Below are positions 37,570-50,830 of a DNA stretch of 64,000 nt, in pieces; the stretch's first letter is position 1; every line of letters starts with the position of its first letter. The stretch comes from Takakia lepidozioides. Its lineage: Eukaryota > Plantae > Bryophyta. The notes below the pieces were generated by a model, which worked only from the letters and a program-made list of their open reading frames with translations, did not search any database and was not told where the DNA came from. The position numbers were made by a program, and so were the translations under genes. The stretch lies in assembly GCA_030704615.1 (NCBI GenBank), contig CM060733.1:69750001-69814000 (forward strand). The letters are read 5' to 3'.

Positions 37570-37858
37570 AAATCACTCATTAAAATAGGTCGAGCCAGGG
37601 GCACCCCGAGCTATGGGGACTCCACCCCACAACATCCTACTCTCATCAGTGCACTCACACACTCGCACACTCGCACACAGAGAGCTCGCGGTCGTGAAAG
37701 CTCAACTCGAGAGAGATGAGCGCACGACCGACGAGAGTGAAGATAAGATCTTCCAGATGTCAAGTTTAGATCTTGACATCGAATTAATTCCAAGTGTTAA
37801 ATACAAATAACTAGATTTATTCTAGTTAGTTTCACACTGTGTTTAATTTAACTTGACA
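37570..37858 (-). mobile_element. Diverged LTR 5'-end fragment related to family A
   Basis: GTCGAGCCAGGGGCACCCC..GCTATGGGGACTCCACCC resembles 2809-2845; terminal hairpin; ends TGACA (TGTCA on the minus strand). Confidence 0.5.
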
Positions 37859-37863
37859 GCTTT

Positions 37864-40800
37864 GTCAGCCTGGTTGTAATTGACTAGCAAAGAGAGTGGT
37901 CCAGATGAAGGGGTCCCCCAAGGGCGGTAGAAGGCAATAACCAAGGCCATACTGCCCTAGGACCTATGCAATGAAGCAAGCAATGCTCCAGGGTTTCAAT
38001 GGTATCAATAGAGCAGCAGGTGCACAATAAAGCATCCTGAAAGCTCAAGAATTGACCAACCTTCAAAACCCTATTAGCTATCTGCCAAAGGAAGGCACTA
38101 ACTTTTGCTGGTTTTGTCTTATCCCAAACTATTTTCCATATGCATCCCTAGTTCTCCTGCCTGAAGTTAGCATGACTCCATCTGGCGTTCCATGTTGCCT
38201 GTAATGGAGCTGTCTTGAGGAGAGCTCTATAGGCTTTCTTTGCAGAATAAGAGAAGAAGGCTTGTGGCTTCCCCCGTAAGTTCCCTTCAAATTTCCAAAG
38301 CCATTCAGCGGGATCTAGCTGTAGTTTTTGGATCTCCTGTCCACCTATCCAGGCAAATGTCTCTTTGGCAAGCCAAAAGAGTATTTGAATAGTTGGAGGG
38401 TGCAACGGGTTGAAGTCCTTTGAGGGGGCAGACCAATGGCAGATATGAGCAGGTTTGGCCATGCTGTAGGGAAGGAAAGCTTATCCGCTGAGGCAAGGGA
38501 AAGAGCACCAGAGAAGGGGTCAGGTTGGGATCCATACCCTTTGAGCAGAGTGCCTTGAGAGTCAGAGATGTAGACTATGATAATCTGCTGAGCTCGGAAG
38601 ATAATCCATTGACCAGGGCAGACAGGGAGCTCCCCAGCCCTGAGAATGATTTTCCAGGTGTCTGGGACTTGTCGGATTATTGTGTTAATGCCAGACCTCA
38701 ATATGTGAGCTCCCAGGGTAGTCTGGAGGGATTGTGGAAGTACTATGCCAAAGATCCCTGATTTGGGAGATGCCTCTAACATCCCATGCAATCCATCTTT
38801 TTGCTTGATTTTTCTCTTCCCCAGAGGGTTTTGCCGAGTTGAGGAACAAGTGTTGTCTAAGGGTCTCTTGGAAGGTTTTTGGCGTCTATTTAATGAGAAA
38901 GGGCCTGAATTTGTTCCAAGAACCCCAGATAGAGGCCCATAGGGGAGACCCCAAGGTTTTGTGTCTAAAACCTTGAGAGATCCAGCGAGTGGAGGGGGCC
39001 CATGAGACAGCCGTGAAGGGAGAACTGGCTGAAATATTGTTGGAGACCAGCAGTTTCCACCATCCCCTTCAGGGCCCACAAAACGAGGGAGCCATTTACC
39101 CAGCAGAGCCTGAATCTGGGTTCCTGGATCAAGCACTCCAAGGCCACCCTGTTTTTTTGGCTGGCAAATCTGATGCCAAGACACATGGGGTCTTTTGTTC
39201 TGGGAGGCAGCTTGAGCCCCCCATATGAAGTTCCTTATGCATTTCTTGCCTTCCTAGATGAACTTGGGATTTGGCCCCCAGGTTGATGCAAAATACCAGA
39301 TTCCAGCCAGGAGAACTTGGTTGGCCACAAGGGCTCGGCCTATGATGGACAGGTACCTAGATCCCCAGTATCCCAATTTTTGCTTAAGCTTGGTTAGGGT
39401 GGCTTCCATTCGTTGATCACCGGAGATATTATTTCCAAAGGTGTGGCCCAATAAAGTCATTGTTTCCCCATCTTTAAGCCACACAAGGCCTAGACCACTT
39501 CCCCAGGTAGGTTGAATGCCGATTGCAGATTTGGACGAGTCCCCCACTAGTAGAGCCTTGGTCTTGGACCAATTCACTCTGAAGCCAGACACATTACAAA
39601 AGTGCAGAAGGGTCATCTCAATAGCTTTGAGGGTTGAGGGGTGTGCTTCTAGAAGGAGGAATGTGTCATCCTCAAACATCAAGTCTTTAGCTTGGATCCA
39701 CATCTGCGATTTTGGGTTGTGCAACTTCAGGCCTTTGATTAACAGGTTTTCATTAAGGAGGTAGCCGAGTGCATCTGCCACAAAAAGAAATAGGAAGGGT
39801 GCCAAAGGGCAGCCCTGTCTTACAGATCTCTGCAAGCAGAAGGATTTAGTGACATGCCCGTTGATGATAACCCAACTGGAAGCATTGAGAAGGAGGAATC
39901 TGGACCCATTTACAAAATCCTGGAGGTAGACCTATCTTTGTCAAGACTAATAGCAGAAAGTCCCAGTCTACCCTATCGAAAGCTTTCTCAAAGTCCAATA
40001 GCCAAAGGGCTAGGGCTTGATTAGATGCTTTTGCATAGGATGAGGCCTCTTGAGCTAAGAGGACATTGTCCAGAATATATCGCCCTTTAATGAATCCTGC
40101 TTGACTTGTTCTGATAAGGTAGGGTAGCAGGGGTTGTATTCTCAGTGCGAGGGCCTTAGCTATGATCTTATAGGAGACATTAAGCAACGTGATGGGTCTA
40201 TAGTTGTTGATGTCTGCCCTATCCCCTTTCTTGAACATGAGAGATATGACACCTTGGGACATTATGGAAGGCATAGCTCCCTTGACTTTGATCTCATTTG
40301 CCATGTCGCAAAAATCAATGGATATTTTGGGTCAGAGAGCTTTGTAGAATTCTATAGGCATCCCATCAATACCCGGGGCTTTATTGTTGCTCATTTGCTT
40401 TAGGGCAGCCCCCAGTTCCTTAGGCGTAAACACCGCCTCCAGAGGAGGAGTATCAGAGGGTTTAACTTTCAGTGGAATGGCTTGCAGGCATCGAGCTAAA
40501 CGTGAAAAGGCCAGAGGGTCAGGGTGATCTTTTTGAAAGAGCTAGCTGAAGTGGGAGAAGGTTGTATTGCAAAGGTCTTTGGGGATTGAGGATTTTGTTC
40601 CGTGGGGATCAGTATAGAGCTCCGAGATATTTTGGAGAGCTCGTCTCTGTTTCATTTTTTGGAAAAAATACTTGTACATCTTTTCCCCCTTTGCTGACCA
40701 GTTGACACCTGCCTGCATTTGCATTTTTTTGTTCTTGAAGGAGCTGGAACTTTCCAAGATTCATACGGGCTTCAAGGTAAGTTTGAAAGGTATGTTCATC

Positions 40801-41805
40801 ACAGGTGTTGTTTTCTATACTCTTTTTACAGACACTGAGGCATTTACTTGGGGCTTGAAGACGCTTTTTAAGGGCAGAGGAGATCTCTCTACTAAGATCT
40901 TGACTGGTTTTGCTAGAGGCAGATAGCTTTGCCTAAAACTTGAGAATAGGGCAGGATAAGTGGTTTCCAGAGTTGAGCCATTCTTTCTCCAGAGAGGATT
41001 TGAAAGAGGAATTTGAAAGGTGAGAGGAGTTGAGCCTGTATATGCCCCTGCCTCTCTTTTGAGCAAAGGGCATGACAAGCGTTGCTACTACCACTGCATG
41101 ATCAAAACCCTGTGCAATAGGTTCCTGGGGCGAAAGAACTGCTCCATTCGTGAGGGAAAGAGAAAGGTAAATCCTATCTAGTCGAGCCATAGAAAGATCT
41201 GCAAGCTGTCGATTATTGGTCTAGGTGAAAAGAGGGTAGATTGAGGAAGTGTTCTGGGGGGGTCCTGCAAGTTCTGAAAGGCTATGGGTTTGCAATAAGG
41301 CCTGTCAAGCGGCCTCTTCTTCGATATTGAGGTGAGGGGAAGAGCTACCAAATCTATCTCTATCATTTTCTACCATGTTAAAGTCCCCTGCAAGGACCCA
41401 TTGGTGAATGGAGGTCTCTGCTGTCATGCGTTCATTTATCTTGACCCATAGGGTTGAGCGGGCGGCTGCTACGTTAGGAGCGTAAATGTTAATAAATCCT
41501 ATTGGCTCTAGATCATTTGGGAGAGAAAGGGAGCAAAATTGAACACGACCAGGTTCCCAGACCTCATCTTTGATAAGGTATTGACTGAGTGAGGGGGCCA
41601 AAAGGATGGCGGTGCCTCCTTTAGAGCCTTCAGAAGAGGGTTTCCAGAGAGCAGAGGAGAAAGGCCAGAGTTGATCGTTTAGAGGAGAAATTTTGTGCTG
41701 GTTGAGCTTATGTTCCCAAAGAAAGATAATAGATTGAGCTTGCTGGAGGGGGCCAGCCAAGCCCTAATCTTGATTTTCTTAAGGCTTGAATGATCAGAGC
41801 CAATT
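37864..41805 (-). mobile_element. Degenerate L1-clade LINE ORF2 (APE endonuclease, RT, zf-RVT)
   Basis: INIYAPN, LAGDFN, RLDRIY (endonuclease); NYRPITLL, LDFEKAFDRVDW, QGCPLAP, MFEDD (RT); CTCC...ETLEHCLLHC. Confidence 0.95.
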
Positions 41806-42868
41806 CCCCTTGCAGCACCACCCACTGGCATTTCTCGAGCCACACCAACTCTCTCCACTGGTACTCGTGGCTCTACCTCTAACACACTTGGGCGAGCGGG
41901 TGCCATTGATGGCGTAGATGACACTGTCTCAGCCAATGTAAAGGACTGTGGAAGCCTTGTCTGACGACTCACTTCCCCCCTTTGTGGATCAAAATCCACA
42001 TCCGCTCCTCTTGGCTCAGGAGCACGCGTTGCTACTCGAGTGACAGCAGCAGCAGAGTCCAATACATGCAATGGCCCTGCAAGTGCGGCTCCACACATGA
42101 AGCCCATACCAATCTGGTCTTCCTTAGGCATAGGAAGTAGTGCAGGTGGGGCTTGAACCTCAAGCCTTGGAGCTGGCGCAAGCTTGAGTGGATTTCCCAG
42201 CTCCATCTTTATTTGTCCCACTACTAGTGCTTGCAGTTGGGGATGTTGGTGTAGCTGCTGGTATCGCCACTGCCCTTGTGCCTCTAGTGATGGAGACATA
42301 GTCAGGTGACCAATATTGTTGTCACTCCTCAATCTCCACTTCATTTCCCCGCCTAAACTCATGGTAGTCATCCATAGGCGGCCCCTCAAGGTGCTGAAAC
42401 AGCCCCTTCCACGCCATAAAAGACGTAAATAGTTGTGGATTGTGCATCTGCTGCAAATCACACCAACTATTAAACTCATGTATGAAATCATCAAGCTCGA
42501 TAATGCCCACAGCTCCCGAGTACCGACGTGGCCCCTTGGTAGCTCCATACTTTTCCTCCATCGTATCCCACAACAATGGCACGGAAATGGCTTGCACCCT
42601 CGGCGAGAATCCTCCTAACTCTGAGTCTGAACCTTCCTCAGAAGACACTGAAGGTGAAGGTGGCCTAAACCGCACACCTCGTCTTGTATACCTATTAGTA
42701 TCGCTGGTGCTCGTACCGGCACTCTCCTCAGCAACTGGTGGCACCTCCGTGATGAAAACTCACACTCAAACCGGCTATCAACTTGTCTTTAATCCCCCTT
42801 TCCACGAGATAACCGGGTAGAGAACCTGTTGCGGCTTATGGTTTGGAATACTAGGTTCCTATTCTGAA

Positions 42869-42910
42869 CCTGCACCTGCACCTGCACCTGCACCTGCACC
42901 TGCACCTGCA
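42869..42910. repeat. (CCTGCA)7 microsatellite
   Basis: Read directly from the sequence. Confidence 0.95.
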
Positions 42911-43549
42911 TCCACCGCAGGCACTCCTATGGTCTGCTGGTCGTCAACCCAGCCTCACCATAAGAGAAACAATGATGGTCTGTTGGTCATCACCCCAGCC
43001 TCACCACCGACAGCACGCTCTTGGATTGGCCGCCACAATATTTCTGGCACAACCACCTATAAAAGCAAGCGCCCAAACCAAACTAGCATGACGCACAGTC
43101 AAACATGCATGTGTGGGAGGGAGATCCAAACACAGGAAACTCAAACAACAACACCTCCCACAGCTTAAATCCATCGATTTCCTTGCGGCTTCAATAAACC
43201 TACAAGATGGCCAAGTCTCTATCCAAACTAGCTCTGCCTCCGCTTACGGAAAAGCTTTGGCCTACAAGAATGATGGAAGACTATAGAGAAGAGAAGCTAA
43301 AGCAATCTCTAAGCCCAGAATGCTCTTATCTCATTACTCCCCCTATCTTCACACTCACTCTTGCTTGAGCAATAAACAAGGCTATCCTTAAAGAACCTCT
43401 CAAATAACTCTCAAGAGCCCTCAAATTATTGCCATGAACTTCTGAAATATGCCCTCAATCAGCCCCTCACATAGACCCACCGAGGTTTAAGAAGTTCGCA
43501 AACTTGGACTCTAAACAGTCCACCCAAAGGCCCTAGGCGCCCGCCAATA

Positions 43550-44050
43550 GTGGCCTCCAAGGTCTCCAACCAGCCCTCACAATGGCTCCACAAGCCTGCC
43601 CAATATGGCCTCCAATGACCTCCAATAGTCCTCCAAACAGCCCTTAAGAAGCTCCACAAATCTGCCAAGTATTGGCCTCCAAGGACCTCCAACAGTCCTC
43701 CAACAGCCCTTAAGAAGCTCCTCAAATCTGCCAAGTATTGGCCTCGAAGGACCTCCAATAGTCCCCCAAAGAGCTCTTAGAAAGTTCCATAAGTCTGCCC
43801 AATATGGGCCTCCAAGGACCTCCAATCGTCCTCCAACCAGCCCTCACAAGGCTCCACAGGCCTGCAAAACATTGGCCTCGAAGGACCTCAAATAGTCCTT
43901 CAAACAGCCCCAAGCAGGCTCCACAAACCTGCAAGATATTGGCTTCAATAGACTCCAAATAGTCCTCAAGCAGGCCCCAATACCTGCAAAATATTGGCCT
44001 CAATAGACCCCAAACAGTCCTCAAGCAGGCCCCAATACCCATAAGGCTCC
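43550..44050. repeat. Degenerate ~66-bp tandem repeats in the family A 5' region (related inverse array at ~45990-46390)
   Basis: GACCTCCAA(T/C)AGTCCTCC...TATTGGCCTC recurs near 43620, 43687, 43753, 43820, 43888. Confidence 0.85.
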
Positions 44051-44074
44051 AAAAATATCCATAGTCAGTCGATT

Positions 44075-44372
44075 TTTCATCCGTCACTGACCAAATTTCA
44101 TCCAAAACCGCGATTTCTCATCCGCAGGTCCGATTTCATCCACTGGCGCAGTTTCATCCGTCGCCGCAATTTTTCATCCGATAGCGCGATAGTTCATCCG
44201 CTGCCACGATTTCATCCGCTGGCGCAGTTTCATCCGTCGCCGTGATTTTTCATCCGATAGCGCGATAGTTCATCCGCTGACGAGATTTCATCCTCTGGCG
44301 AAGTTTCATCCACTGCAACCGATTCTCATCCAAGAGCGCCAATTTTCATCCACTGGCTCCATAGTTCATCCG
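44075..44372. repeat. Array of ~15 TTCATCC-core units at ~20-bp spacing
   Basis: Read directly from the sequence; not seen in the plus-strand sister copy. Confidence 0.9.
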
Positions 44373-47300
44373 ATTGAACAATGGTGGTGCTCCCAACTCT
44401 GGGGCAATGTTCCCACGCGTTCTTATGCGTTCCCACGAGTTCCCAAGGAGTTCCCAAGCGTTCTCACTCGTTCCCACGCGTTTCCAAGCTAGGGTTTGCG
44501 CCGCTTTGCCTCTGCGATTGCTGCAACGAGCTATGGCTTCTATGGAGCAACCAGAGGTGTTGTTCTTGGTTTCTTGAGCATCATTAGACCACCAAGAGTG
44601 CCTCTAACTCCCTGAGCAAGCTATTTGCCACACAACAAGCTCTCTTTCTCTATAGAACTTATTGAAACAAATATAGAACAAGCTATTGAGCTTTCTATGG
44701 CATACCCTCTTCTAGCCATCGCATGCACTCATAGTGCTTCCTTCCATCGCCATAGTGCACCTCTTAAAGCTCCTAATCCAACCCTGCACTTGCCACTTCC
44801 ATAGACATGCTCTTCCCAAGCTTGGGATTGAAACCCCAACTCAAAACATGCTCTATAAATACACTATTCTGCCCTAAAGAGAAATCAGATGTCTGCCTCC
44901 ACTCATAGCTCTCCTAAGCTTGAAGTTGAAGACTCCCACAAGCTGAAACCATGCTCCACACATACACCGCTTGTTTCCTTAACACCCGAGCTCTTCTTGA
45001 ACTCCTCAAATCCTGCAACACTTGCAGAACAAAAGCTTCTTCACAAGCTCTCAAACTTTTCAATGGGGCTCTCCTTGAAGACCTCCTCTTGTACATAAAC
45101 ACCACAAGGCTTTATTTTTGCAAACCCTGCAACACCTTGTAACTTAAGTACTATCTATCAAGCTATCTTCCACACACAAGTGCTAACTATGCTAACACCT
45201 TGCACTCATAGATGTAAACAGGTCTTCTTCTAGTGATACGGAAATGGTGAAAATAGGAGAAACCACTCTATCACGTTATATAAGTCAAGCCAATGGCACC
45301 TTTGCTGAAGGACTCCACCATACAGACCTCACCCACTCTCCATCTCAAGAACTAGAGCTATGGCGGTGAGAGAGGCCTCGGGAGACTCGACTAGAAGAAG
45401 ACGAGCCTGCCTACGTCTCACGTGGAGATAACCTCTCCACGTCCCAAGTGAGGTTCGCCATCTCACTTGGCACATGGAACCAAATGAAGTCCCAATGCCA
45501 ACAAAATACAAATATAAATGTATAATGTCCTAATTAGTTAGAAATAACTATTTCTAACTAATCACAAACAAAACCATAACAAGGTAAAAATCTTGATTCT
45601 TGAGCTCCAAATAGAAGTGAAGCTTGTTGTGTGGCAAATGCATTGCTAGGTGAGATGGAATCAAGCTTGGTTGTGGCTTGAGGTGAAAAAGATCAAGGTA
45701 GTTTGCCTTGGTATCTCATAGAAGTCATGGATGCTTGAGGAGAGCAAGCATGAAGCTCAAGGAAGCCCAAACCCTAGCTTGGAATGCACAAACCTTAGCT
45801 TGGGATGCACATGAAACCCTAGGTGCATAGGAACAGTCACCAAAGTGTGGGAACGGTCACTATAGGCTAGGAACATAGTGACATATAAAGACAATATAGG
45901 GCTTTTGGAGGATTTTCAAGGGCATTTTGGAGGATTGTTTGGGGGATCTTTGGGGTCCTTTGGGGAGCTTTTGGAAGACACTCTGAGGAGCTTTTGTAAG
46001 GCACTTTGAAGAGCTCTTGAAGAGGTATTTGGATGACTATTTGGAGGCCTATTTGCGGTCCTTGAAAGCCAAGTTTTGGCAAGTTTTGGGAGCATTGGAA
46101 GGCTATGTGGAGGACCATTTGGGGTCTTTGAAGGCCAAGTTTTGGCAAGTTTTTGGAGCCTTTGGAAGGCTATGTGGAGGACCATTTGGGGTCTTTGAAG
46201 GCCAATATTTGATAAGTTTTTGGAGCCTTTGGAGGGCTGTTTGGAGGGCTGTTTGGGGTCCTTGGAGGCTGATATTTGGCGAGCTTGAGTCTTTGGCGAC
46301 TTGTTGAAGGACTAGTTGGGGTCCTTGAGGGCCAAGATTTGGCAGGCTCTTGGGGCCTTGGTGTACTGTTTGGAGTACCATTGTCCAAGCTTTGGGAGTC
46401 TTAGTGAGATTGTTTGAGAGACATCTTGAGGGATCTTAGAGAGTTATTTGAGAGATTCTTGAAAGGTCTTGTCTATTGCTTAAGCAAAAGAGTGTGGAGA
46501 TAGGGTAGTGGGATGAGAGCATGCTGTGATAGGAATTGCTTTAGTCTCTCTTCCTTGTAGTCTTTCACCCTCTCTGTAGGCCAAAACCTTTCCGTAGGTG
46601 GAGGCAAGAGTCAGTCCGGGTTTGGGCTGGGGTGTCTTACAGGAGCGACACTGTGGAGTGTTTTTGGTGTGGGAGAGTTACTGTTTTGATTTTCTTGTGC
46701 TTGGATCCCCTCCACACCTGCATGCTGACTGTGCGTCATGTTAGTTTTGTGTGGGCGCTTGTTTTCATATGAGGTTGGTCCGGATTTGATCACCGGTCAA
46801 TCCTAGAGCGTGCTGTCGGTGGTGAGGCTGGGGTGATGACCACAGACCATCATTGTTCTCTTATGGTGAGGTTGGGTTGATGACCAGCAAACCATATGAG
46901 TGTTTGCGGTGGATGTAGGTGCAAGTGCAAGTTTATGTTATGAACCTAGTAGTCTAAGCCATAAGCTGCAGCAGGTTCTAAACCTGGTTACCTTGTGGAA
47001 AGAGGGATTAGAGATAGGTTTACCACATGTGTGGTTGTGAGTTTTCATCACGGAGGTGCCACCAGTTGCTGAGGAGAGTGCCGGTACGAGCACTAGCGAT
47101 ACTAGTGGGTATACAAGACGAGGTGTGCGGTTTAGGCCACCTTCACCTTCAGTTTCTTCTGAGGAAGGTTCAGACTCAGAGTTAGAAGGATTCTCGCTGA
47201 GGGTGCAAGCCATTTCCGTGCCATTATTGTGGGATACGATGGAGGAAATGTATGGAGCTACCAAGGGGCCACGTCGGTACTCTAGAGCTGTGGGCACCAT

Positions 47301-48163
47301 CGAGCTTGATGATTTCATACAGGAGTTTGATAGTTGGTGTGATTTGCAGCAAATACGCAATCCACAACTGTTTACGCCTTTTATGGCGTGGAAGGGGCTA
47401 TTCCAGCACCTTGAGGGGCGCCCATGGATGATTACCATGAATTTAGGCGGGGACATGCGGTAGATATTGACGAGTGACGAGAGTATTGGTCACCTAACTC
47501 AGGCAGTCCAGTTCTGGTATGGGATCCTGGACAAGGAGCTGAAGAGAAGGGTGCGGGATGCAACTCTCCTATAAGTGGACCAACCCACTTTAGCAACTTT
47601 GTTTTTGCTGGCAGAGCAGATAGAGCTCAATATGGTGGAGGAGCGAGTGGTCATGGTGGGGTTTGGCAAGGAGACACAACGAAGTGGAGCTCCTAGCCAA
47701 CAACCACTACAACAGATTGCGGCTTTTATGACTCCCATGGGTGCGCAGTCATGACAGATTTGTGGCAGAAATGCCATTTGCAGTCGTAAAATGCTTTTGA
47801 AGTCATAATGCAGGTCTGGAGAAGGCGTATATGCGACTGCATGGCTTCGGACTCTGCGCAACACAGGTCAAACATGTTTGACCACGAATATTGGCATGGC
47901 AGATATGACTACCAGTCACGGTCATGGCTACACTAGAATGACGTGTGCATATTGCAAGACAGACATATGACTTCATGACTCTCACTCTAATGCATTATGC
48001 CAGATCATCACATGGATGAATAACTACATGACTACACGTGTCGACACATGCTTTTCTGGTTATATATATATAATATATGAGTATTTATATCTTAAAAAAC
48101 GGAGACTCTTACCACTAGAATGAATTAAAAAACCCAAAAAAAACAAAGATTTAAAAAAAATCA

Positions 48164-48368
48164 CATCGGCTGGTAAGTGCACAGTGTGTCGCCCTTCTGG
48201 TTTGGGGTTCAAACCCGCTGCCCTTATCCCGTGTGTGGGATTGTTCGAGACGGTATGTCTTGACGTTGATCGTCCTGTAGGTCTTATGGCCCATAAATGA
48301 AGGCGGGTGAATTTTCCCCCTCCTCAAGGGCTTGTGGTTTCCTTTAAGGAAAAAAAAAAAAAAAAAAA
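48164..48368 (+). mobile_element. Putative tRNA-derived SINE
   Basis: B-box-like GGTTCAAACCC (~48207), 3' poly(A), possible AAAAAAAATCA TSD; shares a motif with 63159-63370. Confidence 0.55.
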
Positions 48369-48629
48369 TCAAAAATCAAAAATCAAAAAGGGGCTTTTAG
48401 GGTTTACAAAAAGGTTAAAAAACTTAAAAAGTTGCCCATCACAGTAGCGTGAACAGACTTAGAGCGAGCGGAGGGAGAGAGAGAGAGGGTTGGGACTTAG
48501 AGCGAGCGAGCGGGAGAGAGGGCAAACATGCATGGGAGGCCCGCAGTTGGATCAACCTTCGCATCTGGAGCAAACAACCCTAGAAACGCTAGGGTATGTG
48601 TGCGAGGAGGTTTCGGCTGGGAGCCCGCC

Positions 48630-49545
48630 GTTCTTGGGAGAGTCAGCTTCGTCTTAGCAGGCCGTGTTTCAATCTCTACCCGCTCGGCCCTGATTTTACA
48701 GCACGGAGCAGAGCTGGCATGAGTTTCTAAAAGATCCTTCACGATGGTGGGACAACCGCAATCGCAAGGTGTGGCTTTTTCTTAATGTACGATGTGAAGA
48801 AGTTTGTCCATCCTGCAAATGTGGGTTGGCTCTCCTGTTAGTACCATGATTTGGTATTCTTCCTGATGTTTACAAGGTTCTTGGGAGAGTTAGCTTGGTC
48901 TTAGTAGGCCGTGTTTCAATCTCTGCCCACTCAGCTGCACCGTGGTGGTTCTCACTGACCAATCCGACATTACCTAACTACAGACACAAGCAGCACACAC
49001 TAGAGGTCATCTTGGGTTCATGTTCAGTCAAATCCTCCATGGGTCATGACACAAGGTCGAGGACAATGTGGTGAGGGCACCTTCTTCTTCGACCTATTTC
49101 AGCCTATTTTGCCCTCTCATCAGACTCGGCCCTGAATTTGAATCATGGAGCAGAGCTGGCATGAGTTTTTTTAAGATCCTTCACGAGGGTGCGACCGCAA
49201 TCGCAAGGTGTGGTTTTTTTTTTAATGTACGATGTGCAGAATTTTGTCCATCCTGCAAATGTGGGTTGTTGGCTCCTGTTAGTACCATGATTTGATATTC
49301 TTCCTGATGTTTACAAGGTTCTTGGGAGAGTCAGCTTGGTCTTAGCAGACCGTGTTTCAAAGTCTGTCTGCACAGCTGCACCGTGGTGCAGGTTCTCATT
49401 GACCAATCCGACATTACCTGACTACAGACACAAGCATCACACACAAGGTCAAATCCTCCATGGGTCATGACACAAGGTCAAGGACAGTGTGGTGAGGGCA
49501 CCTTCTTCTTCGACCTATTTCAGCATGTTTTGCCCTCTCATCAGA
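48630..49545. repeat. Tandem duplication of ~441 bp inside the CACTA element
   Basis: CTCGGCCCTGA at 48682 and 49124; GTTCTTGGGAGAGT at 48630, 48877 and 49318. Confidence 0.9.
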
Positions 49546-50324
49546 CGCCCTGAGATGCATATTGAATTTTGTAAGTTAGCTCATTGCTCGTTGATAAGTA
49601 GGGTTGGGGGTGTTTGCTGGACAATTCTAGGCTGTCATTGTCAGCTGCTAGCAGGAAGGCAAGGATGTATGCATAGATAGCTGAAGGAGCAGGGATAGAG
49701 TGTGGGCCCAAAGAGGGCCGGATTTCAAGCTCCATTATTTCAGTGTCATCCATGCAGCCAGGGATTTCCTGGTGACATTGCCAAGGCTTTACTCGCAACA
49801 CGATGGTTGTAAAGCTTCCTTAGCTTGAATGCTGATTATGCTTGAATTATTAGGTTTGTAAAGCCAATTTTGAAATTTTCATGGTAATCAGCTCTCTTGA
49901 AAATCTGTAGGTTGCAAGCCATTTACAGCGGGCCGTGGGTGGACTGGAAGACAGCCATTGAAAGTCCTGGTGCAAGTTAATACCAGTGGAGAGCAGAATA
50001 AGCTTCATATGCCATTTTGGTGCTAGTTATCTTCATGTATGGTACTGTTGAACACCAACAATCTTTTGGTGAGATTCTGTCTTGGTGCACATGTCTGATA
50101 AAGAAAGACGGTAATGTTTGTTCTGAAACCTGAAGGCGTGAAATGATTCAACACAACAAGAGCATTACGCGTGTCACAGTACAAGCTGTAAGAAAGCAAG
50201 AGATACATAGTTATACAGTCAAACAGACAACTATCAGTTTCTGTGGAATCTCTTGCCAATGGCAGGATGGGTTGGGAATAGCCAAGTCAGGAGGTGAATG
50301 CCTGTCAAATTACCACATGTCCTT

Positions 50325-50830
50325 TTGAACACTGCCCCTGCCCTGGTGGACATGTACGCCAATTGTGGGTGCATTGAGGATGCAAAGGGAGTGTTCAACA
50401 CTGTGGTTGAACGAGATGTGGTGTCGTGGAGTGCGATGCTTGCTGGGTATGCACAGCTGGGGTGCGGGATGGAGGCCGCTCCAACCTTTGAGAAAATGAT
50501 GGGGGGGAAGGGTGAAGGCCGCCGACATAACGTTTGTGTGCGTTTTGCAGTGCGTCTGCAGCCCTGGAAAATGGCAAAGAGATCCCTGGTGACATCATCA
50601 AATCTGCAATTGTACCAGATGTCATCCTGAACATGGCTCTGGTGGCCATGTATGCTAATGTGGGAGCATTGAGGATGCCAAGGGAGTGTTCAACACTATG
50701 GCTGAACTAGATGTGGTGTCGTGGAATGCGATGCTTGAAGGGTGTGCAGAGCGGAGAGCGCGGGATGGGCTTGGACACCTGAAGCAAATGATGGAGAAAA
50801 GGATGAAGGTACCTTCTTCAACATATTTCA
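50325..50830 (+). pseudogene. PLS-class PPR repeat fragments (two related copies) inside the CACTA element
   Basis: ALVDMYANCGCIEDAKGVFNTVVERDVVSWSAMLAGYAQLG and FNTMAELDVVSWNAML. Confidence 0.9.

Larger units (their letters stand above)
41806..45581 (-). mobile_element. Second, truncated copy of Gypsy family A (LTR, leader and internally deleted gag)
   Basis: ORF 42322-42744 is nearly identical to 47056-47463; 41810-42180 matches 53100-53470; begins TGTTATGGTTTT at 45581. Confidence 0.9.
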
